Origin: Trypanosoma brucei
Taxonomy: Eukaryota
Direction: 5' to 3'
DNA length: 64,000 nucleotides
NCBI GenBank assembly: GCA_000002445.1
Contig: CP000071.1
Coordinates: 1,440,001 to 1,504,000, forward strand
Under the pieces are notes generated by a model. It was not told the DNA's origin. It ran no database searches and worked only from the letters and a program-made list of their open reading frames with translations. Below, in pieces: positions 45,237 through 56,565 of this stretch. The position numbers and the translations under genes are program-made. Position 1 is the first letter of the stretch, and every line of letters starts with the position of its first letter.

Positions 45237-46246
45237 GATTGTGTACTGTAATTGTATTTTTTGGGTTTTTTTTGAAAGTGGTAGTAGTATTTTAGAGTTG
45301 CTACTTACTTATGAGTTTGATATGTTTGTTTTTATGTATAATTTTTTTTTTGAGAAACTGATGTTTATATGTATGTGTATCTTCTTATTTGCGGTTAGAT
45401 TAGACGATTTTTAGTGTATTTTTATTTGGCTGGGGTTTATTTGGCTGCTATTTGTTGTAGGATGCGCCGTGCTGACGCTTCTTGCTCTTGTATGTCGCCG
45501 AGTTATGCTGATTGTTGCTCTCTCTATATTTCTTTTGTGCGGTGGTGTTGTTGAAAAATTTTGCTGCTAATATTGTTGTCATGTATTTTGTTGTTGTTAC
45601 TTGTCTGTGAGTGGTTTCTTTCTTTCTTTTTTCCACTGTGTTTTGTAATAGTGTCTTACTTTAGCTTAGGATTATAGGTATGGAGGGATGTGTTATTGCC
45701 TGATCAAATATTTCTGTTGGAGTTGTTAGGTTACTGTTGCACGTGACTTCCGTATATATCCGTGTTGGCTTTTTCTTTTTGAGTTAAAGTTCTTTTGTTT
45801 TGGTATAATCGTGTGTGTGGGATCTGCTGCATGTAATGTCCGGATGGTCGAGCCGACGTGGTACCTTTTTTGGGCTTTATCGTGTGGTGGTGAATGTTAC
45901 TTCTTTTGAGTTTGTTAGTGGCATTACCGCTGTTGTAAGCACAATTAAGTGTAGTGTATGAGTATATGCCCACGATCTGGGCTAAAGGCTTGTAGTTGAA
46001 CCGAGCCCGCCGATGTCCCATTTGTGGAGGAGTGGTGTATAACGTGAGCAACGTTAGAGGTTGGTTTTTACCTCATGGAGGTATTGTGTGTTGTACATTT
46101 CTTTTAAGTTGTATTACTGGTGTTCAACCGTATCTGCTCTTCTGTTTTGTTGGACGTATGCTTTGCGTTAACCACTTGTTATTAACGCCCGTGGGTATAT
46201 CCAACGCTGCTGAAATAATCATTAGTGCATTAGCTAACCGTTGACC

Positions 46247-47578
46247 ATGGAAATGGATAGGTTGACACGCCGGCAGGCGGACCGGATTGAGTACGTCATG
46301 CGGGATCTCTTACGCGATTTGCAACTCATAGCATTTCTTCCCGTAGACTTGTACCCCTGGACGCGTAGAAGCTGCCTTGAAGCGGCGCGGAACCTTTTGG
46401 CGGAGGCAAGCATGAATCAGGGTATGAATGGGGCGGCAGCGCAGATTTACGGAGAGGATGACAACTCAACATATGTTGCTCAGCTTATATATGGTCTTGC
46501 TGAGCGGTATGGTGACGCAACTGACGTTGATAATAATGAGTTACTTTTGCAAATGACTGAGTTCGCAGAATTAGAAAGGGAAATGCTAGACACCGCCACG
46601 TCGGTGGGCGCAGTGGATGAATACGATATTAACCGACACCACAAACTTTTTCGTGCGGTGTTGGACACCCTGCAGCAAGAGGGCTACACAGAGCTTGTTG
46701 CTCACTCGCTGAAGTGGGGAAGCGGTGACGACTCAGCTGTAGCACAACCACCGGGTGCTTATCCCATGGAGCCTAGCGTTTTCAATCGTTTAGTCGATCC
46801 TGGAATGTTGTCGCTGCAGCGCACCGTCGAGTGCCTATGTGAGCTGTTGGTTGTTCGCAACACCTCTACTGTAACTGAGGACATACACAACTATAAGATA
46901 TTGCATGAGGCGGTTAACAAAGAGAAGAGTTCATCCGCCGATGTGAAGGCTCTGAAACGTGAATACCATGAGATAAGGGAGGCACGTCGCACAGAAGTGG
47001 CTGCATTGCAGGCGGAGGTGCGCCAGTTAGAGGATGAGATCGAGTACACTCGTAGTGTGTTAGAACTCGAGCTGTCGGCTTTCGGCGAGGCAAATGCCAA
47101 ACTGGAAGAGGAACGCCAAGTGGAGGAGGAGGAGCGTATCAACGCACTGAAGGAGGAAGCGGAGCACTTAAAACAGAAACTCGATGGACTTATTGCGGCG
47201 AATCAAGGGGAGGCCGCAACGCTTCGCACTCAGCGAGCAAAGAAGGAGGCGGCTGTGAGCGCCGCAATAACGGAGTACGACACTCAAATGGCCACTTTGC
47301 ATGCTGCATCTGTGGCGCTCAACAAGGAGACGGAGGAAGACACTGAGGCCATAGTTGCATTGGATGGTGAGTTGGGGGCACTATGTACCGAAAGGAATGA
47401 ATATGAACTAGAGAAATATATTGAAGAGATGCGCGAGAAGCATTATGAGCGCATGCACGAGCAGACGACGAGGTATGCCTCCACCATCCAGGCTTGCTTC
47501 CGCGCGTACCTCACGCGGGTGAACTTCGAAAGGGGACTGGCTAATTCTAAGCGAAAAAGGAAGCGGAAGAACAAATAG
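46247..47578 (+). CDS. Hypothetical coiled-coil protein (~443 aa) with C-terminal IQ calmodulin-binding-like motif
   Basis: Track ORF starts with TTG at 46241; the first ATG is at 46247 (MEMDRLTRRQ). The C-terminal half is heptad-rich and charged (EVRQLEDEIEYTRSVLELELSAF.. KLEEERQVEEEERINALKEEAEHLKQKL). The IQ-like segment is IQACFRAYLTRVNFERG, followed by a basic tail. Confidence 0.6.
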   Translation: MEMDRLTRRQADRIEYVMRDLLRDLQLIAFLPVDLYPWTRRSCLEAARNLLAEASMNQGMNGAAAQIYGEDDNSTYVAQLIYGLAERYGDATDVDNNELLLQMTEFAELEREMLDTATSVGAVDEYDINRHHKLFRAVLDTLQQEGYTELVAHSLKWGSGDDSAVAQPPGAYPMEPSVFNRLVDPGMLSLQRTVECLCELLVVRNTSTVTEDIHNYKILHEAVNKEKSSSADVKALKREYHEIREARRTEVAALQAEVRQLEDEIEYTRSVLELELSAFGEANAKLEEERQVEEEERINALKEEAEHLKQKLDGLIAANQGEAATLRTQRAKKEAAVSAAITEYDTQMATLHAASVALNKETEEDTEAIVALDGELGALCTERNEYELEKYIEEMREKHYERMHEQTTRYASTIQACFRAYLTRVNFERGLANSKRKRKRKNK

Positions 47579-48023
47579 TGGGTGGTACAGTTGGAAGCTG
47601 ACAAGGAGGCGATTATGCATAAATATACATGTACTTCTTTTTTGAATTTGCCTTCTCTCCACCCCTTTCCCCTGACATTCCGTCGGCTGTCACATTTCAT
47701 GAAGTGAAAACAGTGTGCTGCCTTAGAGAGAAATTTGTGTAAGAGTATTGTTGGGGACGCGGTATGTATTCTAGCTGATCAACCCCACATGTCTTTGCAT
47801 TTGCCTTTTTACCTTTTTCCTTTCTCAGTACAAAAAAAAATGTATGTCGCTATTCATGTGTTTCACTGTGACGGGAAAGTTGCCTCTTACAGACAAAATT
47901 CCCGTCATCTTGGAATAGTACAACCATTCTGTGTATACCCCTTCTCTATTTTTTCCCCCCTGCACGCTAGCGTGAGTGCGTACAGTTTGGGAGCTAAGCT
48001 TTGACTCCTCTGCAACTGGGTTA

Positions 48024-48038
48024 GGGGGGGGGGGGGGG
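48024..48038 (+). repeat. G15 homopolymer in intergenic region. Similar G runs at 60681-60690 (G10) and 62132-62149 (G9 then TGGGG)
   Basis: Direct read; all lie between plus-strand genes on the sense strand. Confidence 0.9.
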
Positions 48039-48406
48039 AAGATGCGAATTCCTCTGCTGTCCGGGCGGAGGTATGCCCTTGTCCGCATTTTGAAGCTGCA
48101 TTCCTCTCCTTTTCTTTTGTTGAATTCTGGGTGTTTCAACGGGACATACAAGGGGATAGAGAGGGGAGCAGGGGTGAAGAGGGGGGAGGGGAGAGCGCCT
48201 GATAGTGTGTATATAAATATAATTCAGATATGTTTGAGATTCACAACCAAACTTATCAGTAACACATACGAGTAGACTGCGCTCCATCAATCATTGTGCG
48301 TTTCTTCTTTTGGTTCTTGGAGTAATCGAAGTAGGAATTAAAGAAGCTAAGGTTACAGGTAATTATTCTTGCGCTTGCCGTCGCTGAGAGAGAGTAGTAG
48401 TGCCTC

Positions 48407-48988
48407 ATGTCCCAACAGCGGCAGGTTGCTGCCAAATTGGGTGAAGTGGCCTTCGATAGTGGCGAGAAGGCAAGCGCTGAATTTTTCGCCATTACGTACG
48501 GCGCGCTTGTCCAGCAGATGATTACGGACCTTCCCCAAGCCGATGATGTAGAGGTTGTCAATCAGCAACTGGACACGATGGGCCGGCGGATTGGCTCGCG
48601 ACTGGTGGAAGAATACAGCGCCCGGAGCGGCGCCCCCGCCTGTCGCACGTTTGCGCAAGCGGCAGATGCTGTTGCAATTGTAGGAATAAAAATGTTTCTT
48701 AATGTTAACGCAACGGTACAACCTGCGGAGGAAAGTGGGGGTGACACATTTACGTTAACTTTTGCAGATAACCCGCTTGCGCTCTTTGTGGAACTGCCTG
48801 AGGGTCCTGTGCGTCAGCGCTTGTGGTATTCGAATGTTATTTGTGGTGTTATTGTCGGTGCGCTTTCTATGGTAGGGTTTATTGCAGAAGCGACGTTTGT
48901 AAGGGACACCCTGCGCGGTGATGCAACGAATGAGATACTACTGTCCTTCAAGGGGAGGGAGAAGGAAACCTTTAAGGTTGAACAATAG
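48407..48988 (+). CDS. BET3: TRAPP complex subunit 3 (Bet3 family)
   Basis: ATG verified at 48407. The 193-aa product aligns along its whole length to human TRAPPC3: EFFAITYGALVQQM vs ELFTLTYGALVTQL, VNQQLDTMGRRIGSRLVEEY vs VNKQLDKMGFNIGVRLIEDF, NPLALFVELP vs NPLVDFVELP, YSNVICGVIVGALSMV vs YSNLLCGVLRGALEMV, FVRDTLRGDATNEI vs FVQDTLKGDGVTEI. Confidence 0.85.
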   Translation: MSQQRQVAAKLGEVAFDSGEKASAEFFAITYGALVQQMITDLPQADDVEVVNQQLDTMGRRIGSRLVEEYSARSGAPACRTFAQAADAVAIVGIKMFLNVNATVQPAEESGGDTFTLTFADNPLALFVELPEGPVRQRLWYSNVICGVIVGALSMVGFIAEATFVRDTLRGDATNEILLSFKGREKETFKVEQ

Positions 48989-49697
48989 TTGTTGGGTTGT
49001 GTTGCACTTCCTCTTGTCACTACTTCCCTTTGATATCTGTTGATTTTTTTGACATCACTATCTGACCGATCTGGATCAACGTCGACGTTGGTTCCGTTTT
49101 CTCGTTTGCCGTATTACCACGGGTGAGCACTCACTCACCGACTCATCTATGCGTCGTGCTCGAGTGAGCATTTTTAAATTCATAGCGGGCTGGGGCGGTT
49201 GCATTATCATCTGAAGTACCTTTGGCCATATTGTGTCTGCTTTCCTCCCCCTTTTTTATATTTTTTCTTGCTGGCTTTCTGTTGTGTGTGCTGATGTGTG
49301 ACATATTGTGGTTCCTCGTCCATTATTGTGTTCTCTTTTCTTGAATTTTCGTTGCCTTTCGTGTTACTGCCGGCGCTAACTTTACCTGAGCTGGGAAAGG
49401 ACGCACACGCGCCGGTGTGATCATAGGGGAGGAAAGAAGCTCAAGCTTGACTGACCTTCTATCGAATAGGAGCAGGGGGAAGAGGGTCGAATAGCGTTGG
49501 CGGCAGTGTTGTGGATCCTTTGACATCCGTGAAGTGAGCACGACCAAACACATCCGTTCCTGCGTGAAAATTGGCGAAACGCCTGTGGTTTTGTTACGGC
49601 AGCAGATTTGTGGGCTCTATTCTCACTTGAGCTGTGACGTCGGGCCAGCCGCGCTCTGTCCATTATTATCACTTTTGCTGCTCGCGTGTGTGTGTTA

Positions 49698-50534
49698 ATG
49701 GATTACCGACAGAAAGCTGCCCGGCTTCCCCGTTCGGCGGAGGAAAAAAGCCGGTGGCGCCGTGTCATTATAATCCTTGAGCACTGTCCTCTTGCCGTTG
49801 TGCGTGGTAAGTACGGCTTCGAACTGTTGGCTGAGCGACACCGCGCCCACCACGCACGTTACAAGCAGGATCCCGCGGAATGGCGGCCCGACGTTGTACA
49901 CCAAGCGTTGCTTCACTTGATGGATTCCCCACTCAATCGAGCTGGCATGCTACAGGTGTTCCTCCGTACGAAGAAGGGTGTTGTCATAGCAGTCGACCCG
50001 CGTCTTCGCGTTCCACGGCACATGCGTTTGTTTGAGAAGATGATGGTATCGTGCCTGTACCGCATGAAAGTTCGTGCAGCGAACGGCTCAGTATCGCTTC
50101 TGCGCGTGGTGAAGAACCCCGTGACGGACCACATTCCGGCGAACTGCACACTCATACGTGTTGAAAAGGACGGTGATGCCGTGCCTGATATCTTTGCGTA
50201 CTGTGCAACATGTGGGACTAATAGGCATGCTGATGGATCGACAAGCGAAAACGTTGGGACGGCGACGGCGTGCTCCTCCTCTGCAGGAAGCGATGCAAAG
50301 GAGCCGCACTTTGCCCAGAAGCACCGTGACCTGGCTGATGCAAAGCAGTTCAGGCCATTTGCATTTATTATTGGTGGTATGTCGAAAGGTGACGTGGACG
50401 CGCCGTACGCCCCGCGCGCCCAGGTGAAGAGTATACGTCTTGGCGACCGAGGCATGTCGGCTGCGGCCGCTTGCAGTGTCATCATACATGGTTTTGAGGA
50501 AGAGTGGCTGCGCGAGGATAACGAGGCGTGTTAG
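49698..50534 (+). CDS. EMG1: EMG1/NEP1 ribosome biogenesis pseudouridine-N1 methyltransferase (SPOUT fold)
   Basis: Track ORF starts with GTG at 49686; the first ATG is at 49698 (MDYRQKAARL). Family motifs present: RVIIILEHCPL, DPAEWRPDVVHQALLHLMDSPLNRAGMLQVFLRTKKGVVIAVDPRLRVPR, LLRVVKNPVTDHIP, and the C-terminal ACSVIIHGFEEEW (compare ACSKFCHGAEDAW). Confidence 0.85.
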   Translation: MDYRQKAARLPRSAEEKSRWRRVIIILEHCPLAVVRGKYGFELLAERHRAHHARYKQDPAEWRPDVVHQALLHLMDSPLNRAGMLQVFLRTKKGVVIAVDPRLRVPRHMRLFEKMMVSCLYRMKVRAANGSVSLLRVVKNPVTDHIPANCTLIRVEKDGDAVPDIFAYCATCGTNRHADGSTSENVGTATACSSSAGSDAKEPHFAQKHRDLADAKQFRPFAFIIGGMSKGDVDAPYAPRAQVKSIRLGDRGMSAAAACSVIIHGFEEEWLREDNEAC

Positions 50535-51896
50535 CGTATTTGTATTTCCTCTACCTTCTTGTGTTTTCCATCGATTAACTGCTCCCCCTTTTGTGCAGCC
50601 ACTGCCTCATGGGGTGGGAGCGAGCGGTGATTTTGCGCGAAGGGAGCAAAATTGCGCTTAGCGTGTAAATAAAAGAGTGCTGGTAACGTTTGTCGTAACC
50701 AAAAGTGTCAAACTTACACACAGGAACGCGTGCAATGCAAAGCGAAACGGTGAGGGTCGCGGAGTCTGAATTATCACCGGTGCCCGCCGCTGTGGAGGGG
50801 TTTGTGGTATCAAATAAAAGTAATATTACTTTCGAATAATAGTAATAATGGTGGGTGGTGGGAGTTATGGAGTCCGCGGGTCCCTTTTGTCCCGTCTGCT
50901 TCTGCACTAGCGCGGCACATTACCCACTTTTTTCCCTCTTGTCCTCTCATCACTGGTGTCGACAAAAAATTATCTTCCTCGTGCTTACAAGCATCTTTCT
51001 CACTCTCCCCCTTTCTCTCGATAATTGTAGCAAAAACTCTACAGATTTTTTTGATCTTTTTTTTTTGTTCTGCGCCTATTACCGTGCTCCCGGTTATCAG
51101 CCAAACAGCAAAGGAGATAATAAAAAGCATTATATATATATATATATAAATATATAAATAAAGAGTCAGTTTAATTACCTGTATCAACGACAAACGAAAC
51201 ATTGCTAGGAACTGAAGTCCGTAAGCTACTTGCTACAACCCGTCCATTAAGCGAGAGGGAAGGAAAGCTAAGGAAAAGCCGGCCCGACCAAACTCATTCG
51301 TCGGAGTGAGTGAGGGCAGAAGTTTAAGGGCTGTGTTTAATACACAGTACAACACAATACGATAGAAGGAGATTTCAGCAGTACTGAAGGTACAAAGAGT
51401 TGAAAAACAAAAGCGGAGGTTAAATATAATTACGACTATATCCGATAATAATATTGAAGAAAGGGGAATTACGTGCGCATAAGAGCACCTAAGGTGAAAA
51501 AGCGAAGAGTACTTTTGGAAAGCAGCGGGATAACATACCTATTTGCATCCACAAGTATTAAAAACAGTGGTAAATAACACAATCGGTACTTGAAAAGCAA
51601 AAGCAAACAAAGAAACAAACAAACAACCTTCCTTGCGTCAGGGCAGCACTGAGGCGCTATTATCATAAAGCGCGTGGTGGAGGCAGCGAGGTGTAAGTTG
51701 GGTGTTAAGAGAAGGAGAAGTAGTCTTCCTGAAAAACGAAAGCAACGTATAGAACTGAGGATAGAGAGTGAGTGAAAGTGATCCAAGGGTGAAAAAAGGT
51801 GGTGAGAAATCATTTTAGGGTTGGGGAAAGATACTAATAGAGAGCTAAGACGGATTGTAAAAAAGGGAAGTTTTGTTTTTTTAAAACTTTTAGCGC

Positions 51897-54137
51897 ATGG
51901 GTGCCTGTGTTTCAGATGGAAGCAAGCAGAAGCCCGACTTCGTAAATGTAGGTGGCCAGAGTGGTCCCTTTGCGCCAGTGACGGATCATATAGTGGGGAA
52001 CACCAACGGTCCTGCAACAGTGCCGCAGGTGAACAAAAAGTCTGCACCGACGGTGAAGGAACCCACTCTTCCGAGGATTAGGGTTTTTACGGAGGTGGAT
52101 GATTCTGAGGCCAACAATATCGACCTCGTCCCTGGTAGCGGTTGCAGTGTTGTGAAGGGCAAGTACCGAATGACGCCCATAGTAGCATTCAAACCTTTCG
52201 CCGCTAGGCGCTTGCGGGAGCGAGCTGTCAAGGTAATTCGAGGCAGTTACTACTCTGAAGAGGCCCATGAGGAGCCACCGCAAGCGTGTGCGGTGACAAG
52301 TTGCCCATTTGGCGATGAGGAAAAGGAGGGTGCGAGTGGTACCAAAAAATGCAATCAACCGGAGTTTTCATTCGCTCTGGATACGTCGACTGATACGGAA
52401 GAGGGGCTTTCGTCTGGCTGCGACACAAGTGCTTCACCGCGCGACCGGTCTTTGGCAATGTGTGGTGGAGAGAAGGGATGCAGGAACGAGCCGGCTGATG
52501 AGTGCACACCAAACAGGAGAGGCTCCCTGCCCAGTGGAGTGGGTGGTGACGGCCCACAGTCACATAAGAAGGGAATAGATGTTGTTGATAAGTTAAATAC
52601 TCCTGGAACTGCCCGGTCAGTCAATGCGATAACTACAGAGCCGAAGTCCACACCACGATTGAGCCGCGAGGACTTGATTCTTCTTGGTTCAAAACGCTTG
52701 AAAAAGCGTGTGGAAGACCTGCGGCTGATTGAGCACCAAATGAAGGATGACGGTAATTGCCAATTTCGTGCAATCTCACATCAAATATTTGGCTCTCAGG
52801 AGTACCATGAGCTTGTTCGGGTGCACGTGGTGACGTACATGAAGAGCGTTCGGGATTCGTTCGATTGCTTCCTCGGGACTACTGAGGACGCCGATCACTA
52901 TTATGCCGATATGCTCAAGAATGGGACATGGGGTGACGAGCTCACACTACGCGCTGCAAGTGATAGCCTTTTCATCAATATTCACATCCTTTCGTCGGAA
53001 GAGCAAAACTATTATATTACTTATAACCCTAGCCCAGATGCACCCACTCCCCCGGCATTTTTAGTTGACGTTGCAACGATGCGGCAGGATCGACAAGAGG
53101 CTTTCTCGACTTCAGTGGCTTCGGTTTGTGTCTCACCTTCTCTCAGTGCACGTGGTAGCTGGAATGGAGGCGGTGGAAAAAAATCTCTGGCTACACCGCG
53201 GGGCCCTGTGGATCAACTTGGCTTGGCAGGGATAAATAGGAACTTTCGACCTATCCACGAGGAGGTTAACGTTGTTGAGCTACAGCGGGAGGTACAGCGC
53301 AAACTGGCTGCAAGTACAATTCGGAATACCACTTTGCCGGTACCCGAACCCCTGTTACCTTTCAAGGCTGTTATTGAGCAGAATGTAGTGGTTCCACCAA
53401 CAGCGGCACCGCAGCCGAAGCCAACTTTTGTTGACGCGCCGAAGAGCCCTGTGAAAACTGTCAGGATTGAATTGTCGCCGCGCGAGGTGTCTTTTAATGC
53501 AAAAAATACAAGCGTGATCTTCGTGTGTGCAAGGAAGAAGCCCCGACGGAAACGGACGAGCCGAGGCAGGTCGAAGACTCGCGGCGGCAGAATAGTTGGT
53601 CTTCCAAAGAGGCACCCAATAATGAGACCAATTTCCTTTTCCTCGTCACCAATAACGGCACGGAGAAGGCCAAGGTGTAGGTCGGCGTTAGTGCGAAATC
53701 TTTCGCCAAGGCGAAGCAAAAAGTTGCGCTCCAAGTCGAGTGCGATGCCAGCGTCTCTTCAGCTCCCTCCTTTCGCTTCTCCGTCTGAGAGTCCCGTTAA
53801 TCCCCGTCTCTCTTCTCCTGAACCCGCTCCCGTCATCGAGTTACCAGGTACCGCAAGCTTTATTTTAGTTTCTCCACGGTCATCTGATAGCGATATGGTG
53901 AAGCGTCTGTCACTGGGAAGCGCGTCTGTGCCGCACTCCAGCCCGCCACCGCGTTCAGCCGTTTGTGAAGGAAGTGCCTCACCGAAGGTAAGTGTTAGTC
54001 CATCTGAGAAGGAGGAGTTGGAGTCGTGTTTTTTGTCGGAGGCTCCCAATGCGCCCATTGATATTTTTCTTTCATACCTCTCCCCTGTTCATTACAACGC
54101 GCTGAGCGTGGATACAATCTCGAGACCTGTTGAATAA
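51897..54137 (+). CDS. OTU-domain cysteine protease (putative deubiquitinase) with N-terminal MGACVS dual-acylation signal and S/P/R-rich C-terminal tail
   Basis: ATG verified at 51897 (atgggtgcctgtgtttca). The OTU core lies around nt 52730-53000: DDGNCQFRAISHQIFGSQEYHELVRVHVVTYM ... WGDELTLRAASDSLFINIHILS. This shows the Cys box (DGNC) and His box. The N-terminus has Gly2, Cys4 and Ser6. Confidence 0.75.
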   Translation: MGACVSDGSKQKPDFVNVGGQSGPFAPVTDHIVGNTNGPATVPQVNKKSAPTVKEPTLPRIRVFTEVDDSEANNIDLVPGSGCSVVKGKYRMTPIVAFKPFAARRLRERAVKVIRGSYYSEEAHEEPPQACAVTSCPFGDEEKEGASGTKKCNQPEFSFALDTSTDTEEGLSSGCDTSASPRDRSLAMCGGEKGCRNEPADECTPNRRGSLPSGVGGDGPQSHKKGIDVVDKLNTPGTARSVNAITTEPKSTPRLSREDLILLGSKRLKKRVEDLRLIEHQMKDDGNCQFRAISHQIFGSQEYHELVRVHVVTYMKSVRDSFDCFLGTTEDADHYYADMLKNGTWGDELTLRAASDSLFINIHILSSEEQNYYITYNPSPDAPTPPAFLVDVATMRQDRQEAFSTSVASVCVSPSLSARGSWNGGGGKKSLATPRGPVDQLGLAGINRNFRPIHEEVNVVELQREVQRKLAASTIRNTTLPVPEPLLPFKAVIEQNVVVPPTAAPQPKPTFVDAPKSPVKTVRIELSPREVSFNAKNTSVIFVCARKKPRRKRTSRGRSKTRGGRIVGLPKRHPIMRPISFSSSPITARRRPRCRSALVRNLSPRRSKKLRSKSSAMPASLQLPPFASPSESPVNPRLSSPEPAPVIELPGTASFILVSPRSSDSDMVKRLSLGSASVPHSSPPPRSAVCEGSASPKVSVSPSEKEELESCFLSEAPNAPIDIFLSYLSPVHYNALSVDTISRPVE

Positions 54138-55995
54138 AGGCACTGAAGAGCGGTGAGCTAAGAGAAAAGGAGTGCACACACATTTATATGCCTATGTTCC
54201 CCTTACGATTGTTGCTCTTGTGTGTACTCGTGTACCCCCATTCCAGTGCACGTAATTTTTTTGTTTTTAAAATTCTATTCCTGTTTTTTTCTTGCTGTTT
54301 TTACCCCTTCGTTTCCTTTTCTGAATTGAGTGCCCCGGTCGTTGGTTCCGTACCATATGGAAGTCCAGGCCGTGACACATTTGTTGGGTTTGACCTCACC
54401 ACTATCCTTTTCATTCGTCATTCGTTTGTTCGGTCCGTGAGTTTTCGCTGCCTTCTCTCCTTATTCTTCCCCCTTTTATCTTCTTTTTCCGTTTCTTACT
54501 ATTATTGTTACTTATCATTATTATTTCTGCCATATTGATTCGTCTTGTTTCCTCCCCTCCTCGGTAATTGGTAGCGGGGATCGGGGGTGGGGAAGGAAGT
54601 GTATATAATTCATGGGACTGGATGGTGAGGAAAAGAAAAGAAGGGGAGAGAAATCCGTGTACTTATCCGTACAGTTGGAAAAGGGGTATGTGCTGAGTTG
54701 AACCTTGTTTCTTCTTTTCTTTTTTTTTGTTTTCGAAACGAAGTGTGGATGTGTATTGGTTTGGTCGCGAGAACGGGATGCATGGACCGCCTTATTGTTA
54801 TTGTTATTATTCTCCCACTCGCTCTTTGCATATATATATATATATGAGCGCACATGTATTTTGCTTGAATGTAAATAAAAATATGTCAACATGCCGACGG
54901 CACAGTGCCATCACTGGAATAACTTCTGCCAGATGCGTGTGACGGTGGCTTTGCGCCGCGAGGAAAATATGAGGAAAGTAACGTTGCCGGTATGAGGGGC
55001 GATATACAACATGTTTAACAGCAACACGAAGGACGAATCTGTTGAATGTGAATTTACTGCTTTAAGGTATTTTAATGGACGCATCCGTGGCGTGTGCTAC
55101 TTCCTCTCGTTTTGCCTTTGGAAACTGCTTCCAGGAAAAATGGTGTGCATACGTACCCTGCTAACCGTATATAAGCAACAAATGTATTTTCTCTGATGTG
55201 TGCGGCTGCGTACACGTGAACACGAAGCTCTGTTTTCATTACCATTTTTTCCCCCTTTTCCCCTTTCCACTTTTTTTGATTTTTGTTTTTTACTAATTAT
55301 GTTACCCGGCGTTATGCCTATGTTTTCTTTCGTTTTTAGCTTTTTTCTCCTGATTCCGCGTTGTGCTGCTTTTCTCACACTCCTGCTCAATAGTAGCATT
55401 GCTCAGTTGAAGTGTGTGGCCTCGCAGCTGGCGACAGTCATATTACCCCTTCTGGTTACTTCGGTTTTTCTTGTACGTCCCCTGCATCATTCTTTTATCT
55501 CCATTTCTTTTCTGTCTTTTTTGTTTTGCCCCCATTTATGAGGGACTAAAAAAAAAAACGATGTGATACTTTTGTGTGAGTTACACGTATTGCTTAACTT
55601 GGTTCCTTTCACCATTGACATGGTTACTGTTGCTGCGTGCGCTGGTGTTGCCAGAACTGTTTAAAAATTATTAAAACTGTGGCTGAGCGTACCGGTTGGG
55701 TGCAGGGGGAAGAGAGTTTCCGGCCGTTCGTAATGCAGGAGTGGTTCGAGTATGTATTGACACATACAAAAATGTTGGGTAGACATAAAGAGCTGCAAAT
55801 GAGCGTATCTGCTGAAAAATTACTTTCCTCACTCCCATGTTTAATCCTTTTCGTAATTAAATAAGCGCGCCCGCACAGGTACGACCACACACCGGTGAAG
55901 GAGGAAAAAAAGACAACGACAACAACAACAACATCATTATCATTATCATTATCATTAGTATCAAAGAGGAGGAAGCAGAAGAAGCTACCGCGGCG

Positions 55996-56565
55996 ATGGG
56001 ACAATCCAAAACGAAGCTGCAAGTCGTCATGTGCGGGCTAGATAACAGTGGGAAAACTACAATTATTAACCAAGTGAAACCAGCACAGTCATCTAGCAAG
56101 CATATCACTGCCACTGTAGGATACAATGTTGAAACTTTCGAAAAGGGTCGTGTGGCCTTCACCGTCTTTGACATGGGTGGTGCGAAGAAGTTCCGCGGGT
56201 TGTGGGAGACATACTACGACAATATTGATGCGGTCATATTTGTTGTAGATAGCAGCGACCACTTGCGGCTTTGCGTAGTGAAGTCGGAGATTCAGGCCAT
56301 GCTCAAGCACGAGGACATCAGACGTGAGCTACCGGGTGGCGGTCGGGTGCCGTTTCTATTTTTTGCCAATAAAATGGATGCTGCCGGTGCCAAAACGGCC
56401 GCGGAACTTGTGGAAATTTTGGATCTTACGACTCTGATGGGGGACCATCCGTTTGTTATATTTGCCTCGAATGCACTGAAAGGAACAGGTGTGCACGAAG
56501 GTTTCAGTTGGCTTCAGGAGACTGCGTCGCGACAGAGTGGCAAAGCTGGGACGAAGAGGGGCTGA
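55996..56565 (+). CDS. ARL6: ADP-ribosylation factor-like GTPase 6 (ARL6/BBS3 orthologue)
   Basis: ATG verified at 55996; the N-terminus is MGQSKT. The 189-aa product aligns to human ARL6: [19 protein letters not shown] vs [40 protein letters not shown] vs [32 protein letters not shown] vs [20 protein letters not shown] identical, [19 protein letters not shown] vs ASDAIKGEGLQEGVDWLQD. Confidence 0.85.
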   Translation: [189 protein letters not shown]

